A DNA stretch of 53,309 bases from Lophium mytilinum. Lineage: Eukaryota. The notes under the pieces are model-generated. The model saw only the letters and a list, made by a program, of their open reading frames with translations, did no database searches and was not told the origin of the DNA. The stretch spans positions 1,712,323 through 1,765,631 of the forward strand of contig MU004194.1 in assembly GCA_010093605.1 (NCBI GenBank), read 5' to 3'. The translations under genes were made by a program, and so were the position numbers. Shown here in pieces: positions 24,160 to 34,527 of the stretch (the first letter of the stretch is position 1; every line of letters starts with the position of its first letter).

Positions 24160-25055
24160 AAGACTGAGCTCTAACACCTGAGCACAAACGTAGATTTGTT
24201 ACTATTTAGGGGCAAAAGAAGGATGTTGCTAAAATAACCCTGTCTTTTTGCTACATTCATCACTCCCTTTCACTTCGCGCACCACGCCTCTTTTCTCGGG
24301 CTGTCAGTTCTGGCCGTACGTTATAAAAATGGAAAGCCTTCGGCATTTTCAGTGTGGCACAGCTTCTTGAAACAAGCACATGAGAAGAGAGGCTGCGAAC
24401 ATTGGAAGACTTCCTACTACCGGAACAACACGTACGCCGGTCCTATTCTAGGGTAGCCATCGAGGTCGCCAGGGACACGAAAACATGGCTTCGTTGTAAG
24501 TCTCCATCGCGACACCAGCTGCTTCCACGTGGCCTGAATCAAAATATCAGCTGGCTCAATCCTGAGCATAGCCTGAAGATTCCCTCCGGCGCCGCCCGCG
24601 CCGCCGCGTCCGACATGGCAATCCTGAACACTGATAGGTGTAGTGCTGTCTTGCGGGAGTCCCTATTGAACACGCTGGACTCGTTCTTTGGGCCAGAACA
24701 AACGCTGTTCGCCACCAACACCAGAATTTGGAAAGCATCCCGTGTCTCGTTAGGTTTCATCCTCATGGTATGCAATCAATTTGAAACTAGGAATATGATA
24801 TGATTAGCTTGAGAACAAGCGGCAAGCTTGAGGACAGTTCAACGACACTTTGAAAGGATCCGTACCATTTTGAAGAGCCCACAATGTTCTTAAACAGTAT
24901 AAAGGTTCATATGCCCCGATCTCAGTCACGTACTGGCAGTTGCATTTTGAATTTTCCTTTCCCTCCCCAATTTGCTCACTCAGTCTTTCTCCGTCCCCGC
25001 TATCTGCTCTCAAACCCGGTAGCTTTACATATCGAGACTAGCCTCTTCTTCCCCT

Positions 25056-27047
25056 ATGCGTGCGTTCCTTTTTCTGGGCCTCGTCGGTCTTTCAGAAGCC
25101 ACTAGCGGCCTCCTTCGAGATGCATCCATCACATCCAGTATAAACGCCGACTCGGACGGGCCTCGCATCGCACCCATCACAAAACGCGCACTTGCTCCAT
25201 CTCCGTCAGCCACCGAGAACTTGCAGTACCAGCCTTTGCCGACTATTGAGAACCTGTATAAACTACCTACATTTCTTAAGAGGGAACCAGGCTGTACCTG
25301 TACACAAACATGTTTTACATCAACCCAACCATCACCAACGCCACCCGCAACTACCTGTGCTGAACCAACATGCACGACTTCCCAGTGCACCACCTCTGCC
25401 AGCACCTCGACGTTCTATACAACAGATCACGCTCGTTGCATTTCCGCCGGTCCACCCAGTGTTGCGCAGGTAACTGCATGCCCTGGGGGTCCAACCGAGC
25501 AACGCGTCGATAGACCCGATGACTATCAGGACCAACCAGGAGTTCCTAGAATTGTCCCTTTCCTAGCGATGGAAATTGGAAAGGCCCGGAACCAGAACAA
25601 CATGGTCCCCATCAATCAAGCGGGCCCGAACCCATTCCCAGGCAAAGCATCAGAGATCCATCGCCCGTTTGGCAGTGCCTGGTTCAACAGTGCCGTAGTT
25701 GACCTTAGCGGCTGCACGGTCGTCATTGTTATTTCCAAGCAGGGCCTGTGGGTATCGCACCTTTGGGAAGTTCCAGGCTTTGAGATCACTGATGTGGTCA
25801 ATGGCCAGCCTGATCAGACGAGATGGAGACCACAGACCAACGGAGCGTTCGATGCCGAGGTAAAAAACTTCATAGGATGGGGCAATGGACCGCGTACGTA
25901 TGCTCCCTCGTTGCATGCTTTGGTTAGCTAACACGAATGCCCATAGAATGGCTTGGTCTTGGCCAGCTCAACCACCCTACTGGAATCTTTGCAAATCCTA
26001 ACGATGTTCTCGATATTCTAGTGGTTACCCCCAGATACGAGGTCGGCTCACCAGGTTGGCTTAGATGGGGCACGAGAGCTAGGGAGCTCGGCGCCGAGGC
26101 GGCTGCCTTTGTGAAGCCCGGATACGGGCCAAAGTACATAGATTACGCCGGATATGACCGCAACCATCCCGCCAAACAGCCGTGGCACGGAACGGTTCTG
26201 ATTCAATATGATCCCCATGACAACCCGAACGACCCTGGGGGAAGGGAGGCATTGGTCCGAGTATATGTGGGCGGACGCTGGGAAACAGACAGCAGATGGA
26301 TTCCACTACCGCACCAACTGAAGCGTGGTCTATCGCCGCGCGATGATGTTTGCGGCAGCCCTATACCGGGACCGCCTCTGAACTCGACCTTACTGACGAT
26401 GATCAGCCCTGGTCCATCTCCGGAATCTTTAGCACCACCGCCTCCTTTGCCTTCCTCAACACCACCGCCTCCTCCGCCGTCCTCAACAACGCCGCCTCCT
26501 CTTCCGTCCTCAGAAGCGCCGCCTCCTTCGCCGTCCTCAGCAGCACCGCCTGCTCCACCGCCTCCCCCAGCTACACCAGGGAAGTATACAATTCATCTTC
26601 ATCAGAAGATGGAGCGCAAAACGAGCTCCCTTGAGTAAGTTTTCCTCTTTAACATAAGAAAAGAACCCCCAAGCGGCCTATAAGTTCCACTAACCGTTCC
26701 TCAGATGGACTTTGCTCGACTCGAACGCGGTCACAGTCGCGGGGCCCAACATGACTGGAACGATTCCCCAGGACGGCGAAAAGCGTAACAAGGTCAAAAT
26801 TGAAGTCGACCATCCAACTAATAAGGACAAGACGATCGTCTCGTTTACGCTGTACACCAGTGCTGATGGCGGCTGTTATCCAGGATGGAGCACGAACAAC
26901 GGTGGAACCGAGTTCATTGATTGGTGTGGGAAGGCCAATCGCAAGTTGTATGGTTGTGACATGAAAAAGGCAGACTGGGTGCCGTTGAATGCAGGATTTG
27001 AAAGAGAGTTCGATTGCTTTTGGCAGGATATTGGGAAGCCTAAGTGA
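25056..27047 (+). CDS. Secreted modular protein with putative CNF1/CheD-like Cys-His deamidase domain, Pro/Ser linker and Cys-containing C-terminal domain, ~622 aa (exons 25056-25893, 25947-26634, 26705-27047)
   Basis: Signal peptide, KR sites, Cys/Thr-rich segment and DLSGCTVVIVISKQGLWVSHLWE. Two canonical introns with CTAAC branch points join three ORFs in frame. The gene model is well supported; the function is inferred. Confidence 0.8.
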
Positions 27048-27452
27048 GGTCGGTTGTATCGCATGGAAGTTGTTTTCATGCAGTCCCCGCTGGCGGAGGC
27101 AATCTCAGTATCTCGGCTATGTCTGGTCTGAGCATGACCAGTTGAAAGAATCTGGCACTAGGAGTGCGAGCGGCGTCGTCGGTTCTATTCCTAAATTCTC
27201 AAGATGAGTTATTTCGTGATCACAAGACTTAAACTAAGGTGACGTGTGGGCTGCATGCAGGATTGCGGCGTCTACCACCCTTCGCCTTGCTGCACTGCCT
27301 GGCAGCCCGACAGCCCCATCCTACAGCCCCATCCTACAGCCATGCCCTTATTCTATATACATAACTCCATCCTTTCATCCTGTCCTTGCAAGTACGTGGC
27401 CATTCCGTCTTGCTCCTGACTCAAACGCATCGCCGTCATATCTAAACCAATC

Positions 27453-28565
27453 ATGACCGATCTTCGGCCGCCACCGCCACAACAAATGGCCAATCCTCGC
27501 GCCTCGCCCCAGCCATTTGACCCCCTAGACCCTCGAATATCCAGTGAAGAGTACAGAAAGTTATATGCTGCCTGTGACTCAGACGAGCCCGCAAGCCTGG
27601 ACGCCTTTCTGGCAACTTTAGGTCCACGGAAGACGCTCCGCGGGCTAGACGCGGGATTCAGACACGCGATGAGCCATGGAAAATACAGACTAATGAGACA
27701 CCTTCTTAGCAATAAGAGCATCATCATTGACGAAGCGGTTGTGCAAGATGCGTTGAGCATTGGATCAATGCAACTTCTCGACTTCCTCCGCGAGTCGGGC
27801 TGGGATGATGTAAATATGCAGGTGCAGCCTGGGTGTACGCCGTTGCTGTAAGCTAAACTCTTCTCATGAAAGTAAATGCGTGCTTAAAGGGCCAAAAGCG
27901 CATCTCGTGGGGAAAACTGGATACTGGGAAATCCACAGCGCGGGTTTTACGTCGTCTTTGTCCATATCAGTGTTTTAGTCTACGCGATGTCTTCCTTTAG
28001 CTTTTATGAGAATTCTGATCCAGTTACGATCAACCTCGGACGAAGCTAACAGCTCCCTTTCAGCCTCGTGCATTCCAACCTACCTCTAGTCTCGTATCTT
28101 CTTTCGTACGGCGCGGACCCAAATCTTGGCCCCGCTATTAACGCAGCAGTCGGGATGGCGGGTGCACATCAACTGGTTCCCGACTCCGGCGCAATACTCA
28201 GTGGCGCAGTAAGATGGGGAAGCATCGAATGCGTAGATCTGCTCATCTCTCATGGAGCCATTCTGGGAAATGCTAGCCCCGTGCATGCTTCAGTTGAAGG
28301 AGGGTCAATGGACATGCTTCTGCATGTACTTGGCATTGGTGGCAATGTGGACGAAATGGATAGCTTTGCGATATTTGGACGGGAATGTTGCGGCACGCCG
28401 TTGATAAGGGCGATCAAGAAAGGAGAGTTGGAAATGGTCAGGGTGTTGCTTGCGAAGGGAGGTAGTAGGACAATTAGAGGGTACCGGGGCTGTGGCACCC
28501 CGCTGGAACTGGTGAAAGAGGAGTGGGTGCTTCCAGATATCAAAGTCATAGTCGAGAATTACTAA
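27453..28565 (+). CDS. Ankyrin-repeat protein, ~298 aa (exons 27453-27847, 28064-28565), no signal peptide
   Basis: LVSYLLSYGADPN, CVDLLISHGA, SPVHASVEGG, GTPLIRAIKKGELEMVRVLLAKG, GTPLELV; GTAAGC..GCTAAC..CAG intron. Confidence 0.88.
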
Positions 28566-28858
28566 GAAGCGTGCTACGTAGAACTCAAGCTGAACGTATC
28601 CAATGCCGGGAAAAGACAAGGATTGGGGGCCACGGAGGAATCCTCGGGCGCTGCTGCTCGCCTAATTAAGACTGCATAGCCACAACTGTGCCGCAACGGG
28701 CAGCAGGTACAATATTAGAGGGTTGCCCACGCCCTCCCATTAGGTTGCTGTAGAGATCCTTTCCAAGTTCTTCGAATTCTCCGCAAAACATACGCGTCTG
28801 GGCAGCCTTCAATCTCGATCTACCTCGCAGTCGACATCGTAGCTAAAACCCACCTCAC

Positions 28859-29491
28859 ATGGCTTTTCCCAACATCGCATTCGGCCTCCGACAGGCATCC
28901 CTCGCTGTCCAAGCTCAGCTCCCGTACCAAACGCACCCCATTTACCAGCTCCGCCGTGCCAGCATCTGCGTCGCAATCATCGGCTGCACCCTCACCCTCT
29001 TAACATCCACATCCGACGACTATCACAGCAACGAGCAGCCTATTTACGGCTCTGCCCTCATCCTACTCTTTATCTCCTTCCTCTTTTGCTGCTACGACTT
29101 GGCGACCTACGCTATCGCAAAGATAACTCCGGCGCCCGTCCAGCAGCCTTCACTTCTCCCTTCGACCTGTACCAAAGCACAGCACTCCAACGACGGGGGT
29201 GATGACGATGATCCGGAACCTCAATGGCCGCGAAAGAGCTTCCTAATTGCTGATGGCATTCTCCCGGTCCTGCTCCATGCAATGTTTTGGTTCATTATGG
29301 CGTCCGAGTCGTACTACTCTACAGCGACTGGGGCGTCGGCGGGTTTAGCGAGCTTGGTCGCAAGTGCACTGCACGGAATAGCCTTTTACTACGGATACAC
29401 GGCGTGGAAACATATTATAGAGTTAGAAGCGACCGCTTATAGAAAATATAGGTTTCTTAACTTAGACCTTAAGAATAAAGAAATAGTTTAA
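28859..29491 (+). CDS. Hypothetical multi-pass membrane protein, 3' end apparently altered by RIP leakage
   Basis: About four hydrophobic segments; GC-rich coding sequence turns TA-rich from ~29410 while staying in frame. Confidence 0.7.
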   Translation: MAFPNIAFGLRQASLAVQAQLPYQTHPIYQLRRASICVAIIGCTLTLLTSTSDDYHSNEQPIYGSALILLFISFLFCCYDLATYAIAKITPAPVQQPSLLPSTCTKAQHSNDGGDDDDPEPQWPRKSFLIADGILPVLLHAMFWFIMASESYYSTATGASAGLASLVASALHGIAFYYGYTAWKHIIELEATAYRKYRFLNLDLKNKEIV

Positions 29492-29599
29492 ACTTTAAAT
29501 TAGAGAGACTAGTAATACTATATTAGATTCTTTCTTTATATATACTAGATTAATTTCTACTCTACTTATATAAATAATAGAGAATATAATATAATTAAG

Positions 29600-32125
29600 C
29601 TTATAGTATCTTAAAAATATAATTTAAAAAGAGCCTCTAGGCTCTATTTAAGGCCCTTTAAATAATTATATATAGTCTTAAAGCTCTATAAGTAGTACTA
29701 GTAGTATTATAGTAGGTTAATATATTATAACCCCTAACGCGCTACTTCTCTAGAACTAATAATAATACTAATACTATTAATAATAATTCTAATACTATTT
29801 AAAGCCCTTTTAAAATACCTACTAAGGTATCTAAAATACTTTCTATAAAGCTTAGTATATATAGGCCTATCTATAGAATAAGCTACCTACTTTAATAGAA
29901 ATAAACTAATTCTACTAGTTTATTTAGAGGTTTATTAGACGCGTTATTAATAACCTATTAAGTATATTAGCTAAGCTATACTAGAAACTATAGGTATAAT
30001 TAATAAGAAAGATAGAGAATATAAAGAAAGAGATAATAAAAAAGGTATATATATTATTATTATAAGAAAGAATATATACTATAGTAGTAGCAGCTATTAG
30101 AATAGAACTAGAGGCTATAGGCTATAGTAAAACTAAGTAGGCCTATAGTAAAACTATAGAAAATAAGTTATATATAATATAATCTTTAGAGGTCTATAAG
30201 ATTACTATCTATATTAAGAATAATAATAAGTAAGCTACTACTAGAGAAAATACTAATATAACTATTATATAAAAGCTTTAGGCTATAGAACCTCTAAATA
30301 TATCTAGAATATATAGTATTAAAAAGCTCTAGAGTAGAAATATAAAGATATATATAGCTAATAAGGCTATAAAAGTATTTTTACTAAAAAAGAAGAAATA
30401 AGTAATAGTACTAGGTAAGTTAGTATATATATAATAGCCTATAGTACTTATAAAGGTATATAAAGTACCTAAGAATATAAATATAAGTAGCCTAGAATTT
30501 AAATATACTATTATTAAGGGTAGCGTACTAACTAACCCCGGCCTTATAATTAAAAAAATTATATAGAAGAATAATAAAGGCATTAAAATAGCTAGAAATA
30601 ATCTAAACTACTATACTAGCTCTATTATTATTAGCGTCTATATAGAGCTAATAGTAGATATAGCTACTAAATAAGAACTTACTATAAATAGATACCTACT
30701 TATAGCCTTCTAGTATAAGATAGAATTTATAGCTATATAGTACTTTAAGTACTAAAAATATAGATATATAGCTAGGTACTATAAAAAGAATATATAGTGC
30801 GCGCTATATATAGAAGAATATAATACCTAATAGTATAAAGTAATAGAACTAAAGAAGTATATAAACTATAAGAGAAACTATTTAGTATATAGTATAGAAT
30901 ATAGTATATAAAAAGGGGCCTAGCTATATACCTTAATAAAGAGATAAACTATACTAACTTACTATAATACTAGAGAAATAAACTAAAATAGATACTAGAC
31001 TTAACTAGAAGAATATATAACCTAGTTATTATAAAGTAAGAAAAGAAAGGTAAAAGATAATATACTATATAGTAGTAGTATAAAACCTAGCCCTATACTA
31101 GAAATACTTAAAAGAGTAGTAGAAAGACTTCTATTAAATATCTAGATTAATATAGACCTAAAATAGCCTTCTATTAATAGTATACTATATACTATCTATA
31201 GTTTCTTATAGCCTTTCTATTTAATATAGCCTTCTATATAGACCTTAATTTAGTTCTTCTATTTTATAGATTAGTCTATCTATTCTATAGCTTAGCTCTT
31301 ACTACTCTTACTATCTATATAGGCTACTTAAACTATAGTATATAGAGATATTAATAGACTATTATAGTTTATATAGTAGAGCCTTATATAGGTGCCCTTC
31401 TTCTAAAAGAATAATATTAACTGCTAGCTATATAAGAAAGTAGAACGGGCTAGTATAGATATAGATATAGATTTTATAGACCTTAATTAATAATAGAATA
31501 ACCTAATAAACTTACTATTATATAGTATAATATTAATAAAAGCTATAATACTTAGAAGAAAGTTCTTAAAAAGATAGAGGTTGCCTAGCTTTAACTACTA
31601 GTGCTAGCTATATAAAAATTATAGAAAAATATCTAAAAGTATACTATACTATATATAAAATTATATTATCTACTATATAGAGAAAGCCTAAATACTAGAA
31701 TATATATATATAAGTATCTAGACTTAAGCTAGTAAACTATTAAGTACTACTCTCTAGACCTTATTACCCTCTCTCTCTAGGCTATAAAAGAGGATATTTA
31801 AATTTATAATATCTATAATCTAAAGCTATATAGAATTATAGCTATACTACTCTCTATACTATATAAGAAAGTAGAGTATATACTTATAGGTAATATAAAC
31901 TAATACTACTTATCTTAGAAAGAAATATAGATAGTTAGTATAGAAAAATAGATAGAGAAGCTTATCTATATTACTATAGAAGCGGGTATAAATCTAGCTA
32001 TAGAGAAGGGTATAGAAATATAAATAAAAGAAATATTATAGACTATAATTAATCTTATATTTATAACTAGATAGCTTATAGAATAAATAATTATTATATA
32101 GTTTCTTAGTATTCTCTTAGTAGTT
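29600..32125 (+). mobile_element. RIP-degenerate Tad1-like LINE: ORF1 zinc knuckles plus start of ORF2 AP-endonuclease, truncated by an LTR insertion (5' end approximate)
   Basis: De-RIP reading at ~30735-30900 gives three Cys-His knuckles (QCFKCQKYGH..., C..C..EH..., CVNCKGNH...). At ~31510-32070 it gives QYNVNKS, IHNVYNP, GDMN.HH and TTIDL endonuclease motifs. Confidence 0.75.
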
Positions 32126-32139
32126 ATTAAGGTTAGGGG

Positions 32140-34527
32140 TTATTATATATATAGATATTATATAATCTCTAGGCTAAGAGTTCTTCTAGCGCCCGGGGTT
32201 CTACTAGCGCCTAGAGTTTTACTAGCGCGCACTTAACTATATAGTAGGCTTATAGCTAAAGCCTCTCTTCTCTCTATATAACCTTATTAATAGAAATATA
32301 ACTTCTTTCTAGCTATAAGCCTAATACTAGGTTATATTATTCTTTAAAACCTAGAGATATAGAAACCTTAATTTCTTTTTATATAGCTATACTACTATAT
32401 ATATATATATCTATATAGATACTACTACTAGCTTTAAGATTTAGCTATATAATTAATTAATTACTAACCTTAAAACTAATACGTTTTCTTTTCTTACTTA
32501 CTTACTCTAATACTCTCTTCTTATCTTCTATAACTATATAAAGCCTAGGCCTTACTATAAATAACTAGGTATAACTAACTATATTAATATACCTAGTAGG
32601 TAACTCTATAACTCTAATATTTTATAAGGTAAGGGGGGGGTTAGTTACTAGAACTTTAATAAGATATAGAACTATACTTAAGGTAATATCTTTAAGAAAG
32701 TAGATAAGAAGGTACTATAAGTAGATCTTAACTACTTAGCCTTATATATAAAGAATTAATAAAACTATCTTACTAAGTAGTATAAGTATATTAGCAAGCT
32801 ACTTAATATAGCTATAGTAGAGGCCCTTAATACCTAGAACTTTTATACTATTAGTATAGACTTCTAGATTATAGAAAGCTCTATTACTTTTAACCTTCTT
32901 CTAGATCTATATAATATTAAAAACCTAACTATAAAGCTAGAAGAGACTATATTCTAAAACTTATTTAAGTTCTATTAATAGGTAAATTCTAAACCGCTTA
33001 AAGCCTTTAAACTACTATATACTCTAGTTAAAAGTACTAATATCTATATTAATAACTATAGTACTAGCTTAGAGAAATAGAAAAATATATTTATAAACCT
33101 CTATAAGTAGTTTAATAAGATAGATAAGACTATTAGAGACTTAAAGATCTAGCTTAATAACTCTAAGCTTAATCTCTAGGCTATCTAAGCGCACGCGTAT
33201 AACCTCTAATAATAATAGTCTAAATCTACTAAAACGCCTAAAGAACCTATTTATTTTAATAATAATAAGCGGCGTAATAATAATATTAACTATTAGTAGA
33301 TAAATAGTGGGGCCGGAGAATAACTACTAGGTAGGCTAGATAACTATAGTTATAATAACTACGCAGAACCTAGATATACTTCTTCTATTCTAAATACTAA
33401 CCTGCGCAGTAGTAGTAATTAAACCTGCTACTCTACCTCTCTATATAATAAACACTTAGATAACTAGTATTATAATAATAGCTACTATAATAGCTATACT
33501 CTACTATATACTTAGCTATTATTAATATCCTACTAGTATAATTACTACTAGCTAGATCTAGTTATATTTAATAGAGAGAACCTTAATATATATTTAATCT
33601 AGTATAGTAAAGCTTTTACTAAGATCTACTATACCTTTTCTAAAGAGATAGATAGCTATAAGCTTAACTATATTAAGAGTATTCTATTAGGCGGACTCTT
33701 TAAGTATATCTAGGTATAGTACTATAATTAGATTATCTATAATAAGACTAACGCTCTCCGCTCTCTTAATAATAGCTATAGTAAATATAATATTAAGGCT
33801 AAGGTGCTAATATAACTAGAAACTCTCTATATAGGTAATAACTTATTTATAACCTTTTATAACTACTTTTTTAATATTATTAGTAACCTTAACTAAGGGC
33901 TAGCTAAGCTTATCTACTAATTTAAAATACGCCTTACACCCTACCTATAATCTAAACTAGTTAATAGTATAATATATAATTACTTTAATAACTTTATATA
34001 ATATATTTATACTATAGATATATAGAATATAGCCTTCTAGTAGGCTAAAAAGTATAATACTCTTATCTTCTAGCCTTATTAGGCTATAATAACCTCTACA
34101 ATAACTACTTAATCTACTTGCGGCCAGGGCTGCAGCTATAGCGGCTACTTATTTACGCCTACTATAGGTGCTAATATAATAACTATAACTATAATAACTT
34201 TTTTAATAACTACTATAAGTACTCTACGCGCATCTACTATTATAGCTATAGCTAGTATAGAATAATACTTATATACTATAAATCTAGCAGATAAACTAGT
34301 ATATATCTAGAGTATTAGTAAGCTTACTAAAGCTAATAAAGAGAGAATATATATAGTAGGCGCATATAACTATTACTACTATATTAGTTACTATACTATT
34401 AATAATAATTACCCTCTTTAAAACTTCTCTATCTAGATAACTAGCGGCCTTCCCCTACGCGCTACTAATACTACGTTTTCTAGCTAGGAAAATAAGTAGT
34501 TCTTAAGTATAGTTGCGCCTAAGAACC
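32140..34527 (+). mobile_element. RIP-degenerate Ty3/Gypsy element A: putative 5' LTR (~32140-32340) plus long gag, interrupted near the end of gag
   Basis: LTR-like ~200 bp segment with three 19-bp internal repeats; gag-like de-RIP reading at 33530-33960 (DP..FDGE, LDDSYG..D..A.A...L..LRM); typical gag end before the 34528 junction. Confidence 0.55.

Noticed and set aside
24402..24803. 133-aa TTG-started ORF
   Set aside because: No ATG start, domain or splice support.
30329..30583. 84-aa hydrophobic ORF
   Set aside because: Antisense artefact of RIP-mutated LINE ORF1; the I/L/F/Y bias follows from AT richness.
32128..32142. Telomere-like AAGGTTAGGGGTTA at the LINE/LTR junction
   Set aside because: Fewer than two perfect TTAGGG units; can arise by chance.
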